This document shows, in pieces, positions 1 to 14,084 of a stretch of 64,000 nucleotides of DNA. The notes beneath the pieces were generated by a model. The model saw only the letters and a list, made by a program, of their open reading frames with translations, did not search any database and had not been told where the DNA came from. The stretch is from Macrostomum lignano (taxonomy: Eukaryota). Numbering within the stretch: position 1 is the first letter of the stretch; each line of letters begins with the position of its first letter. The stretch lies in the NCBI GenBank assembly GCA_002269645.1, contig NIVC01000839.1:371110-435109 (forward strand), read 5' to 3'. The position numbers were made by a program, and so were the translations under genes.

Positions 1-101
1 TCTCGTAACCTGTGCGTGCGTGTATCGGATAACAGTAGTTGCAGGATGATGTTCGTATAGCATTAGAACGTGACTCGTATCCAATCTTAAGATAATTACA
101 G

Positions 102-459
102 GCACCGCTGCAAGTCCTAATGCGGGTGGAGCGCTAAGAGGAAGTAATGGGCTGCTGGAACAGGAAGATGACTTGATGGGACTTTTTCAGCTTGAGGAAT
201 GATGAACTGGATTGAATCGACAAGCGAAAATCCTACTTCAGTTCGATGGAAATAGAAAATTCGCTGAAAAACGAGTCATTTAGGTGAGTAGTTCTGCCTA
301 AACCATGGTTAATTATCTATATTGTACCTATTGAGTGCTCAAAGCTGCTTTCTACTACTATATATTCCAGTGCGTTTACTGCAGTTCTTTATCAGCAGTT
401 TGGCCTAAATATTGTGCCCATACTGAACTGGATATGAAACGATGATATTCCATAATAAA
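102..459 (+). other. Possible last exon(s) and polyA signal of a gene entering from upstream
   Basis: ttacag acceptor at 100-101, open frame TAASPNAGGALRGSNGLLEQEDDLMGLFQLEE to TGA 200-202, gtgagt donor at 284, ttccag acceptor at 369-370, AATAAA 454-459. No recognisable homology and alternative frames are possible. Confidence 0.3.
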
Positions 460-495
460 TCCGCGTGATTTGCGTATGTGACTCAAAAATTCAAG

Positions 496-3400
496 CTGAG
501 GTGAATCTCAAAGTGCTAGTGAACTCCAACTGAGGTGAATCTCAAGGTGTCAGTATGAACTCCAACTGAGGTGAATCTCAAGGTGTCAATATGAACTCCA
601 ACTGAGGTGAATCTCAGGTATCAATAAGAACTCCAACTGAGGTGAATTGAGTCTCAAGGTGTCAATATGAACTCCAACTGAGGTGAATCTCAAGGTGTCA
701 GTATGAACTCCAACTGAGGTGAATCTCAAGGTGTCAATAAGAACTCCAACTGAGGTGAATCTCAAGGTGTCAGTATGAACTCCAACTGAGGTGAATCTCA
801 AGGTGTCAATAAGAACTCCAACTGAGGTGAATCTCAAGGTGTCAATAAGAACTCCAACTGAGGTGAATCTCAAGGTGTCAATAAGAACTCCAACTGAGGT
901 GAATCTCAAGGTATCAATATGAACTCCAACTGAGGTGAATCTCAAGGTGTCAATAAGAACTCCAACTGAGGTGAATCTCAAGGTGTCAATAAGAACTCCA
1001 ACTGAGGTGAATCTCAGGTATCAATATGAACTCCAACTGAGGTGAATCTCAGGTATCAATATGAACTCCAACTGAGGTGAATCTCAGGTATCAATAAGAA
1101 CTCCAACTGAGGTGAATCTCAGGTATCAATAAGAACTCCAACTGAGGTGAATCTCAAGGTGTCAATATGAACTCCAACTGAGGTGAATCTCAAGGTGTCA
1201 ATATGAACTCCAACTGAGGTGAATCTCAGGTATCAATAAGAACTCCAACTGAGGTGAATTGAGTCTCAAGGTGTCAATATGAACTCCAACTGAGGTGAAT
1301 CTCAAGGTGTCAGTATGAACTCCAACTGAGGTGAATCTCAAGTGTCAATAAGAACTCCAACTGAGGTGAATCTCAAGGTGTCAATATGAACTCCAACTGA
1401 GGTGAATCTCAGGTATCAATAAGAACTCCAACTGAGGTGAATCTCAAGGTATCAATAAGAACTCCAACTGAGGTGAATCTCAAGGTGTCAATAAGAACTC
1501 CAACTGAGGTGAATCTCAAGGTGTTATTAAGAACTCCAACTGAGGTGAATCTCAAGGTATCAATAAGAACTCCAACTGAGGTGAATCTCAAGGTGTCAGT
1601 ATGAACTCCAACTGAGGTGGATCTCAAGGTGTCAATATGAACTCCAACTGAGGTGAATCTCAAGGTGTCAATATGAACTCCAACTGAGGTGAATCTCAAG
1701 GTGTCAGTATGAACTCCAACTGAGGTGAATCTCAAGGTGTCAGTATGAACTCCAACTGAGGTGAATCTCAAGGTGTCAATACGAACTCCAACTGAGGTGA
1801 ATCTCAAGGTGTCAATAAGAACTCCAACTGAGGTGAATCTCAGGTATCAATATGAACTCCAACTGAGGTGAATCTCAAGGTGTCAATATGAACTCCAACT
1901 GAGGTGAATCTCAAGGTGTCAATAAGAACTCCAACTGAGGTGAATCTCAAGGTATCAATAAGAACTCCAACTGAGGTGAATCTCAAGGTGTCAGTATGAA
2001 CTCCAACTGAGGTGAATCTCAAGGTGTCAATATGAACTCCAACTGAGGTGAATCTCAAGGTGTCAATATGAACTCCAACTGAGGTGAATCTCAAGGTGTC
2101 AGTATGAACTCCAACTGAGGTGAATCTCAAGGTGTCAGTATGAACTCCAACTGAGGTGAATCTCAAGGTGTCAATACGAACTCCAACTGAGGTGAATCTC
2201 AAGGTGTCAATAAGAACTCCAACTGAGGTGAATCTCAGGTATCAATATGAACTCCAACTGAGGTGAATCTCAAGGTGTCAATAAGAACTCCAACTGAGGT
2301 GAATCTCAAGGTGTCAATAAGAACTCCAACTGAGGTGAATCTCAAGGTATCAATAAGAACTCCAACTGAGGTGAATCTCAGGTATCAATATGAACTCCAA
2401 CTGAGGTGAATCTCAGGTATCAATAAGAACTCCAACTGAGGTGAATCTCAGGTATCAATAAGAACTCCAACTGAGGTGAATCTCAAGGTGTCAATATGAA
2501 CTCCAACTGAGGTGAATCTCAAGGTGTCAATATGAACTCCAACTGAGGTGAATCTCAAGGTGTCAGTATGAACTCCAACTGAGGTGAATCTCAAGGTGTC
2601 AGTATGAACTCCAACTGAGGTGAATCTCAAGGTGTCAATACGAACTCCAACTGAGGTGAATCTCAAGGTGTCAATAAGAACTCCAACTGAGGTGAATCTC
2701 AGGTATCAATATGAACTCCAACTGAGGTGAATCTCAAGTGTCAATAAGAACTCCAACTGAGGTGAATCTCAAGGTGTCAATAAGAACTCCAACTGAGGTG
2801 AATCTCAAGGTATCAATAAGAACTCCAACTGAGGTGAATCTCAGGTATCAATAAGAACTCCAACTGAGGTGAATCTCAGGTATCAATAAGAACTCCAACT
2901 GAGGTGAATCTCAGGTATCAATAAGAACTCCAACTGAGGTGAATCTCAAGGTGTCAGTATGAACTCCAACTGAGGTGAATCTCAAGGTGTCAATATGAAC
3001 TCCAACTGAGGTGAATCTCAAGGTGTCAATATGAACTCCAACTGAGGTGAATCTCAAGGTGTCAATATGAACTCCAACTGAGGTGAATCTCAGGTATCAA
3101 TAAGAACTCCAACTGAGGTGAATCTCAAGGTGTCAGTATGAACTCCAACTGAGGTGAATCTCAAGGTGTCAATATGAACTCCAACTGAGGTGAATCTCAA
3201 GGTGTCAGTATGAACTCCAACTGAGGTGAATCTCAAGGTGTCAATATGAACTCCAACTGAGGTGAATCTCAAGGTGTCAATATGAACTCCAACTGAGGTG
3301 AATCTCAGGTATCAATAAGAACTCCAACTGAGGTGAATCTCAAGGTGTCAGTATGAACTCCAACTGAGGTGAATCTCAAGGTGTCAATATGAACTCCAAC

Positions 3401-6400
3401 TGAGGTGAATCTCAAGGTGTCAATATGAACTCCAACTGAGGTGAATCTCAAGGTGTCAATATGAACTCCAACTGAGGTGAATCTCAGGTATCAATAAGAA
3501 CTCCAACTGAGGTGAATCTCAAGGTGTCAATATGAACTCCAACTGAGGTGAATCTCAAGTGTCAATAAGAACTCCAACTGAGGTGAATCTCAAGGTGTCA
3601 GTATGAACTCCAACTGAGGTGAATCTCAAGGTGTCAATATGAACTCCAACTGAGGTGAATCTCAAGGTGTCAGTATGAACTCCAACTGAGGTGAATCTCA
3701 AGGTGTCAATATGAACTCCAACTGAGGTGAATCTCAGGTATCAATATGAACTCCAACTGAGGTGAATCTCAAGGTGTCAATAAGAACTCCAACTGAGGTG
3801 AATCTCAGGTATCAATAAGAACTCCAACTGAGGTGAATCTCAAGGTGTCAATAAGAACTCCAACTGAGGTGAATCTCAAGGTGTCAATATGAACTCCAAC
3901 TGAGGTGAATCTCAAGGTGTCAGTATGAACTCCAACTGAGGTGAATCTCAAGGTGTCAATATGAACTCCAACTGAGGTGAATCTCAGGTATCAATAAGAA
4001 CTCCAACTGAGGTGAATCTCAAGGTGTCAATATGAACTCCAACTGAGGTGAATCTCAAGTGTCAATAAGAACTCCAACTGAGGTGAATCTCAAGGTGTCA
4101 GTATGAACTCCAACTGAGGTGAATCTCAAGGTGTCAATATGAACTCCAACTGAGGTGAATCTCAAGGTGTCAGTATGAACTCCAACTGAGGTGAATCTCA
4201 AGGTGTCAATATGAACTCCAACTGAGGTGAATCTCAGGTATCAATATGAACTCCAACTGAGGTGAATCTCAAGGTGTCAATAAGAACTCCAACTGAGGTG
4301 AATCTCAGGTATCAATAAGAACTCCAACTGAGGTGAATCTCAAGGTGTCAGTATGAACTCCAACTGAGGTGAATCTCAAGGTGTCAATATGAACTCCAAC
4401 TGAGGTGAATCTCAAGGTGTCAATATGAACTCCAACTGAGGTGAATCTCAAGGTGTCAATATGAACTCCAACTGAGGTGAATCTCAGGTATCAATAAGAA
4501 CTCCAACTGAGGTGAATCTCAAGGTGTCAGTATGAACTCCAACTGAGGTGAATCTCAAGGTGTCAATATGAACTCCAACTGAGGTGAATCTCAAGGTGTC
4601 AGTATGAACTCCAACTGAGGTGAATCTCAAGGTGTCAATATGAACTCCAACTGAGGTGAATCTCAGGTATCAATAAGAACTCCAACTGAGGTGAATTCAA
4701 GGTGTCAATATGAACTCCAACTGAGGTGAATCTCAAGGTGTCAGTATGAACTCCAACTGAGGTGAATCTCAAGGTGTCAGTATGAACTCCAACTGAGGTG
4801 AATCTCAAGGTGTCAATATGAACTCCAACTGAGGTGAATCTCAAGGTGTCAGTATGAACTCCAACTGAGGTGAATCTCAAGGTGTCAATATGAACTCCAA
4901 CTGAGGTGAATCTCAGGTATCAATAAGAACTCCAACTGAGGTGAATCTCAAGGTGTCAATAAGAACTCCAACTGAGGTGAATCTCAGGTATCAATAAGAA
5001 CTCCAACTGAGGTGAATCTCAAGGTGTCAGTATGAACTCCAACTGAGGTGAATCTCAAGGTGTCAATATGAACTCCAACTGAGGTGAATCTCAAGGTGTC
5101 AGTATGAACTCCAACTGAGGTGAATCTCAAGGTGTCAATATGAACTCCAACTGAGGTGAATCTCAGGTATCAATAAGAACTCCAACTGAGGTGAATCTCA
5201 AGGTGTCAATATGAACTCCAACTGAGGTGAATCTCAAGTGTCAATAAGAACTCCAACTGAGGTGAATCTCAAGGTGTCAGTATGAACTCCAACTGAGGTG
5301 AATCTCAAGGTGTCAATATGAACTCCAACTGAGGTGAATCTCAAGGTGTCAATATGAACTCCAACTGAGGTGAATCTCAGGTATCAATAAGAACTCCAAC
5401 TGAGGTGAATCTCAAGGTATCAATAAGAACTCCAACTGAGGTGAATCTCAAGGTGTCAATAAGAACTCCAACTGAGGTGAATCTCAAGGTATCAATAAGA
5501 ACTCCAACTGAGGTGAATCTCAAGGTGTCAGTATGAACTCCAACTGAGGTGGATCTCAAGGTGTCAATATGAACTCCAACTGAGGTGAATCTCAAGGTGT
5601 CAGTATGAACTCCAACTGAGGTGAATCTCAAGGTGTCAATAAGAACTCCAACTGAGGTGAATCTCAAGGTGTCAATACGAACTCCAACTGAGGTGAATCT
5701 CAAGGTGTCAATAAGAACTCCAACTGAGGTGAATCTCAGGTATCAATATGAACTCCAACTGAGGTGAATCTCAAGGTGTCAATAAGAACTCCAACTGAGG
5801 TGAATCTCAAGGTGTCAATAAGAACTCCAACTGAGGTGAATCTCAAGGTATCAATAAGAACTCCAACTGAGGTGAATCTCAGGTATCAATAAGAACTCCA
5901 ACTGAGGTGAATCTCAGGTATCAATAAGAACTCCAACTGAGGTGAATCTCAGGTATCAATAAGAACTCCAACTGAGGTGAATCTCAAGGTGTCAATGAAC
6001 TCCAACTGAGGTGAATCTCAAGGTGTCAATATGAACTCCAACTGAGGTGAATCTCAAGGTGTCAATATGAACTCCAACTGAGGTGAATCTCAAGGTGTCA
6101 ATATGAACTCCAACTGAGGTGAATCTCAGGTATCAATAAGAACTCCAACTGAGGTGAATCTCAAGGTGTCAGTATGAACTCCAACTGAGGTGAATCTCAA
6201 GGTGTCAATATGAACTCCAACTGAGGTGAATCTCAAGGTGTCAGTATGAACTCCAACTGAGGTGAATCTCAAGGTGTCAATATGAACTCCAACTGAGGTG
6301 AATCTCAGGTATCAATAAGAACTCCAACTGAGGTGAATCTCAAGGTGTCAATATGAACTCCAACTGAGGTGAATCTCAAGTGTCAAAAAGAACTCCAACT

Positions 6401-9400
6401 GAGGTGAATCTCAAGGTGTCAATATGAACTCCAACTGAGGTGAATCTCAAGGTGTCAGTATGAACTCCAACTGAGGTGAATCTCAAGGTGTCAATATAAC
6501 TCCAACTGAGGTGAATCTCAAGGTATCAATAAGAACTCCAACTGAGGTGAATCTCAAGGTGTCAATATGAACTCCAACTGAGGTGAATCTCAAGTGTCAA
6601 TAAGAACTCCAACTGAGGTGAATCTCAAGGTGTCAGTATGAACTCCAACTGAGGTGAATCTCAAGGTGTCAATATGAACTCCAACTGAGGTGAATCTCAA
6701 GGTGTCAATATGAACTCCAACTGAGGTGAATCTCAAGGTGTCAATAAGAACTCCAACTGAGGTGAATCTCAAGGTATCAATAAGAACTCCAACTGAGGTG
6801 AATCTCAAGGTGTCAATAAGAACTCCAACTGAGGTGAATCTCAAGGTATCAATAAGAACTCCAACTGAGGTGAATCTCAAGGTGTCAGTATGAACTCCAA
6901 CTGAGGTGAATCTCAAGGTGTCAATATGAACTCCAACTGAGGTGAATCTCAAGGTGTCAGTATGAACTCCAACTGAGGTGAATCTCAAGGTGTCAATATG
7001 AACTCCAACTGAGGTGAATCTCAGGTATCAATAAGAACTCCAACTGAGGTGAATCTCAAGGTGTCAATATGAACTCCAACTGAGGTGAATCTCAAGGTCA
7101 ATAAGAACTCCAACTGAGGTGAATCTCAAGGTGTCAATATGAACTCCAACTGAGGTGAATCTCAAGGTGTCAGTATGAACTCCAACTGAGGTGAATCTCA
7201 AGGTGTCAATATGAACTCCAACTGAGGTGAATCTCAGGTATCAATAAGAACTCCAACTGAGGTGAATCTCAAGGTGTCAATATGAACTCCAACTGAGGTG
7301 AATCTCAAGTGTCAATAAGAACTCCAACTGAGGTGAATCTCAAGGTGTCAGTATGAACTCCAACTGAGGTGAATCTCAAGGTGTCAATATGAACTCCAAC
7401 TGAGGTGAATCTCAAGGTGTCAGTATGAACTCCAACTGAGGTGAATCTCAAGGTGTCAATATGAACTCCAACTGAGGTGAATCTCAGGTATCAATATGAA
7501 CTCCAACTGAGGTGAATCTCAAGGTGTCAATAAGAACTCCAACTGAGGTGAATCTCAGGTATCAATAAGAACTCCAACTGAGGTGAATCTCAAGGTGTCA
7601 GTATGAACTCCAACTGAGGTGAATCTCAAGGTGTCAATATGAACTCCAACTGAGGTGAATCTCAAGGTGTCAGTATGAACTCCAACTGAGGTGAATCTCA
7701 AGGTGTCAATATGAACTCCAACTGAGGTGAATCTCAGGTATCAATAAGAACTCCAACTGAGGTGAATCTCAAGGTGTCAATATGAACTCCAACTGAGGTG
7801 AATCTCAAGTGTCAATAAGAACTCCAACTGAGGTGAATCTCAAGGTGTCAGTATGAACTCCAACTGAGGTGAATCTCAAGGTGTCAATATGAACTCCAAC
7901 TGAGGTGAATCTCAAGGTGTCAGTATGAACTCCAACTGAGGTGAATCTCAAGGTGTCAATATGAACTCCAACTGAGGTGAATCTCAGGTATCAATAAGAA
8001 CTCCAACTGAGGTGAATCTCAAGGTGTCAATATGAACTCCAACTGAGGTGAATCTCAGGTATCAATAAGAACTCCAACTGAGGTGAATCTCAGGTGTCAA
8101 TATGAACTCCAACTGAGGTGAATCTCAAGTGTCAATAAGAACTCCAACTGAGGTGAATCTCAAGGTGTCAGTATGAACTCCAACTGAGGTGAATCTCAGG
8201 TATCAATAAGAACTCCAACTGAGGTGAATCTCAAGGTGTCAATATGAACTCCAACTGAGGTGAATCTCAGGTATCAATAAGAACTCCAACTGAGGTGAAT
8301 CTCAAGGTATCAATAAGAACTCCAACTGAGGTGAATCTCAAGGTGTCAATAAGAACTCCAACTGAGGTGAATCTCAAGGTGTCAATAAGAACTCCAACTG
8401 AGGTGAATCTCAAGGTATCAATAAGAACTCCAACTGAGGTGAATCTCAAGGTGTCAGTATGAACTCCAACTGAGGTGGATCTCAAGGTGTCAATATGAAC
8501 TCCAACTGAGGTGAATCTCAAGGTGTCAGTATGAACTCCAACTGAGGTGAATCTCAAGGTGTCAGTATGAACTCCAACTGAGGTGAATCTCAAGGTGTCA
8601 ATACGAACTCCAACTGAGGTGAATCTCAAGGTGTCAATAAGAACTCCAACTGAGGTGAATCTCAGGTATCAATATGAACTCCAACTGAGGTGAATCTCAA
8701 GGTGTCAATAAGAACTCCAACTGAGGTGAATCTCAAGGTGTCAATAAGAACTCCAACTGAGGTGAATCTCAAGGTGTCAATAAGAACTCCAACTGAGGTG
8801 AATCTCAGGTATCAATAAGAACTCCAACTGAGGTGAATCTCAGGTATCAATAAGAACTCCAACTGAGGTGAATCTCAGGTATCAATAAGAACTCCAACTG
8901 AGGTGAATCTCAAGGTGTCAGTATGAACTCCAACTGAGGTGAATCTCAAGGTGTCAATATGAACTCCAACTGAGGTGAATCTCAAGGTGTCAATATGAAC
9001 TCCAACTGAGGTGAATCTCAAGGTGTCAATATGAACTCCAACTGAGGTGAATCTCAGGTATCAATAAGAACTCCAACTGAGGTGAATCTCAAGGTGTCAG
9101 TATGAACTCCAACTGAGGTGAATCTCAAGGTGTCAATATGAACTCCAACTGAGGTGAATCTCAAGGTGTCAGTATGAACTCCAACTGAGGTGAATCTCAA
9201 GGTGTCAATATGAACTCCAACTGAGGTGAATCTCAGGTATCAATAAGAACTCCAACTGAGGTGAATCTCAAGGTGTCAATATGAACTCCAACTGAGGTGA
9301 ATCTCAAGTGTCAATAAGAACTCCAACTGAGGTGAATCTCAAGGTGTCAGTATGAACTCCAACTGAGGTGAATCTCAAGGTGTCAATATGAACTCCAACT

Positions 9401-10900
9401 GAGGTGAATCTCAAGGTGTCAGTATGAACTCCAACTGAGGTGAATCTCAAGGTGTCAATATGAACTCCAACTGAGGTGAATCTCAAGGTGTCAATATGAA
9501 CTCCAACTGAGGTGAATCTCAAGGTGTCAATAAGAACTCCAACTGAGGTGAATCTCAAGGTGTCAATAAGAACTCCAACTGAGGTGAATCTCAAGTGTCA
9601 ATAAGAACTCCAACTGAGGTGAATCTCAAGGTGTCAATAAGAACTCCAACTGAGGTGAATCTCAAGGTGTCAATATGAACTCCAACTGAAGTGAATCTCA
9701 AGGTGTCAATAAGAACTCCAACTGAGGTGAATCTCAAGGTGTCAATAAGAACTCCAACTGAGGTGAATCTCAGGTATCAATAAGAACTCCAACTGAGGTG
9801 AATCTCAAGGTGTCAATGAACTCCAACTGAGGTGAATCTCAAGGTGTCAATATGAACTCCAACTGAGGTGAATCTCAAGGTGTCAATAAGAACTCCAACT
9901 GAGGTGAATCTCAGGTATCAATATGAACTCCAACTGAGGTGAATCTCAGGTATCAATAAGAACTCCAACTGAGGTGAATCTCAGGTATCAATAAGAACTC
10001 CAACTGAGGTGAATCTCAAGGTGTCAATATGAACTCCAACTGAGGTGAATCTCAAGGTGTCAATAAGAACTCCAACTGAGGTGAATCTCAAGGTGTCAAT
10101 ATGAACTCCAACTGAGGTGAATCTCAAGGTATCAATAAGAACTCCAACTGAGGTGAATCTCAAGGTGTCAATATGAACTCCAACTGAGGTGAATCTCAAG
10201 GTGTCAATATGAACTCCAACTGAGGTGAATCTCAAGGTGTCAATAAGAACTCCAACTGAGGTGAATCTCAGGTATCAATAAGAACTCCAACTGAGGTGAA
10301 TCTCAAGGTGTCAATAAGAACTCCAACTGAGGTGAATCTCAAGGTGTCAATAAGAACTCCAACTGAGGTGAATCTCAGGTATCAATAAGAACTCCAACTG
10401 AGGTGAATCTCAAGGTGTCAATAAGAACTCCAACTGAGGTGAATCTCAAGGTATCAATATGAACTCCAACTGAGGTGAATCTCAAGTGTCAATAAGAACT
10501 CCAACTGAGGTGAATCTCAGGTATCAATAAGAACTCCAACTGAGGTGAATCTCAAGGTGTCAATATGAACTCCAACTGAGGTGAATCTCAAGGTATCAAT
10601 AAGAACTCCAACTGAGGTGAATCTCAAGGTGTCAGTATGAACTCCAACTGAGGTGAATCTCAAGGTGTCAATATGAACTCCAACTGAGGTGAATCTCAAG
10701 GTGTCAATAAGAACTCCAACTGAGGTGAATCTCAGGTATCAATAAGAACTCCAACTGAGGTGAATCTCAAGGTGTCAATATGAACTCCAACTGAGGTGAA
10801 TCTCAAGGTGTCAATATGAACTCCAACTGAGGTGAATCTCAAGGTGTCAATATGAACTCCAACTGAGGTGAATCTCAAGGTGTCAATGAACCCAACTGAC
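496..10900. repeat. 35/36-bp tandem satellite, about 290 units
   Basis: Unit AGGTGTCAATATGAACTCCAACTGAGGTGAATCTCA, with a few recurring variants and 35-bp deletion units. There are no unique spacers. The minus-strand LRFTSVGVHIDT ORFs are artefacts. Confidence 0.98.
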
Positions 10901-11519
10901 TCAAATATTCAACTGAAATTTCAGGGGGGCAGGGCATAGCAAAACATCCAGACTCTCGGGTTCCTGTAACTCTTGAAACGCTACTCAATAGTGACTGTCA
11001 TATGGTAATAACCGAAATGAGCTCGCCAGCCTTCACTTCTCTAGACCGGCCCATGCAGTCAAGTCCCTCCCAAATATCCGGTGAGCGCTGTCTCAGTCAG
11101 AAATCACGAGAAAGCTGATTTTAAACGAAAAACACTACAATTATAACGATTTTAAGGCCGCCTTACCTAGCGCCCTGAACGTGTTGTTGCTATGCTGATA
11201 AAAATATATGATTTTTTAATTTCCTGCTGCAGTTTCAGGAGCGAATGTTATTCATCTTCAACCGAGTCGACCAAGCATGCCTGAGTGCATTTGTTTAAAA
11301 TTTGCCGCATCGTAAAAATGCTTAATTTCAATTATTAAATAGATTCCAAACCCAACTAGTGTTAGCTTAAATCATCCGCACTCGAGGCAATTCACTTAAG
11401 GACGACTGATAAACACATGAAGCTCCGCTACCTACGCTGCAGCTACGAGCTACACTAGATCGCTGCCTCTACCTCTCCTTCTCGTCAGTTCAAGCCTCTG
11501 AAGTCTACCAGCAAGTTTT

Positions 11520-12107
11520 TTCATCTGTAGTCCATGGCCAAACCAACGTCATCTCTTCAGAAAAAGCGCTTAAGTCTACTAACCGGTTATCCATCTTTAG
11601 TCTATGGCCAAACCAACGACATCTCTTCAGAAAAGCGCTTAAGTCAACTAACCGGTTATTCAGCTTTAGTCTATGGCCAAACCAACGACATCTCTTCAGA
11701 AAAAGCGCTTAAGTCTACTAACCGGTTATTCAGCTTTAGTCTATGGCCAAACCAACGACATCTCTTCAGAAAAAGCGCTTAAGTCTACTAACCGGTTATT
11801 CAGCTTCAGTCTATGGCCAAACCAACGACATCTCTTCAGAAAAAGCGCTTAAGTCTACTAACCGGTTATTCAGCTTTAGTCTATGGCCAAACCAACGACA
11901 TCTCTTCAGAAAAAGCGCTTAAGTCTACTAACCGGTTATTCAGCTTTAGTCTATGGCCAAACCAACGACATCTCTTCAGAAAAAGCGCTTAAGTCTACTA
12001 ACCGGCTATTCATCTTTAGTCTATGGCCAAACCAACGTCATCTCTTCAGAAAAAGCGCTTAAGTCTACTAACCGGTTATTCAGCTTTAGTCTATGGCCAA
12101 ACCAACA
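11520..12107. repeat. 70-bp minisatellite, about 8 copies
   Basis: ctatggccaaaccaacgacatctcttcagaaaaagcgcttaagtctactaaccggttattcagctttagt recurs at 11671, 11741 and onward. Confidence 0.95.
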
Positions 12108-12574
12108 CTCAAGGACCACTAGAAGTTACCCCGAAATATACCCTGAAATAATTCCTTATAATATGTAGCGTTTATAAATTTGAAGCGTTAAATCCTCTTA
12201 GGTTTAGTAAAAAAAATTTATCAGGCGGCAGGCTGTGTTGAAGGTACCATTTGCTGCATTCCTCACCCATCAGCCGCCCCCCCCCTACCAGCCCTCACGT
12301 CGCAATGATGAAAGCGCCATATGCGGACGCAGAATCCAAATGCATTTCACACTTAACAGTGTACTCGTAATATTGACCAGAAATGGGTATTAAGGGTTTA
12401 AGGGACACAGATGGTTGGCGATAGGGCGAACTGCAAATGGAAGACGATCCGACAGTTAAAAGGTTCATTTTAAAAAAAAGTTGTTTCCGCCTGTGGCCTC
12501 GGATTTTATGGTGGTTGGGTAAAAACCCTAGAATCTTAACCGAAATATTCCTATGATTGGGAATCTGTTAACAC

Positions 12575-13378
12575 CGATTTTGGCACCACAAGCGCTTATT
12601 TTGGCGCCACAGACATTCATTTTGGCGCCACAGACACTTATTTTGGCGCCACAGACATTCATTTTGGCGCCACAGACACTCATTTTGGCGCCACAGACAC
12701 TCATTTTGGCGCCGTAGACACTCGTTTTGGCGCCGCAGGCACTCATTTTGGCGCCACAGACACTCATTTTGGCGCCGCAGGCACTCATTTTGGCGCCACA
12801 GACACTCATTTTGGCGCGGTAGACACTCATTTTGGCGCCATAGACACTCATTTTGGCGCCACAGACACTCATTTTGGCGCCACAGACACTCATTTTGGCG
12901 CCGCAGGCACTCATTTTGGCGCCACAGACACTCATTTTGGCGCCACAGACACTCATTTTGGCGCCACAGACACTCATTTTAGCGCCACAGACACTCATTT
13001 TGGCGCCGCAGGCACTCATTTTAGCGCCGCAGGCACTCATTTTAGCGCCGCAGGCACTCATTTTGGCGCCATAGACACTCATTTTGGCGCCGCAGGCACT
13101 CATTTTAGCGCCGCAGGCACTCATTTTGGCGCCATAGACACTCATTTTGGCGCCGCAGGCACTCATTTTAGCGCCGCAGGCACTCATTTTGGCGCCATAG
13201 ACACTCATTTTGGCGCCGCAGGCACTCATTTTGGCGCCATAGACACTCATTTTGGCGCCACAGACACTCATTTTGGCGCCACAGACACTCATTTTGGCGC
13301 CGTAGACACTCGTTATGGCGCTGCAGGCACTCATTTTGGCGCCACAGACACTCATTTTGGCGCCGCAGACACCAATTT
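12575..13378 (-). repeat. 21-bp minisatellite (cattttggcgccacagacact)
   Basis: Direct reading. It produces the artefactual MSVCGAK ORF. Confidence 0.95.
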
Positions 13379-14084
13379 TGCGCTAACGAATTTACGACGT
13401 AGAGATTTTGTTCCGGAGATCACTAAAAAACAGATGACTGCCTAGATATTTAGTTTCTTAGAAAAAATGCTTTTGAATAAATAACTGAAAGAAGATGCTG
13501 CAGCACTTCGACAAAAGTTTTATTATTTTTCAGGGGTATCAATGAAACTATAGTAGCCAAAAATAGGTTGACTTGCATCCCCTAGAGAACTCAGTCGGGT
13601 AAAAACCCTACCGTACTATCTGCTGTAAGCCAGATCAGCTTATGTAAGTATATGCATAAATAGTTTTTTTCGTGGGATTCTGTTCTCCATCTAATTAATG
13701 TAGAGAGGAATTGATGGATATTAGCTAATACGAAATCATTTGCCGTCAGACAAGTCATTCAAAAGTTCATATGGAACTTTTTTTCTTTTTTAGAAGTAGA
13801 AGGTCACTTTCAAAATGCTAATCAAGAATTGTAGTTTGACACAGGCGACTTGACACAATGCTTATAGCGACACGGTCCCACAACCTGGGCTGAGGTGATT
13901 CTGCCCATTCCGCACACTCCTGAGCCATGCAAGCGTGTCAATACTGTACGCAGGCGCGAACTCATGCACACGCTCAGGGGCGTCCCCACCGGTGTGGACA
14001 GCGGGGACGTGTGTCCCCCCCAGTAAAGGCTTTGGGGGGGGACATGCCAATCTGCTTCAGTGTGACAAAAAATAGCGCGTGCAG

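Noticed and set aside
586-10699. Minus-strand ORFs of LRFTSVGVHIDT repeats
   Set aside because: They are translations of the satellite, broken wherever a 35-bp unit occurs, and start at TTG.
496-10900. CRISPR array (36-bp period, partly palindromic constant region)
   Set aside because: There are no unique spacers, only a few recurring variants. No cas genes are present and the context is eukaryotic.
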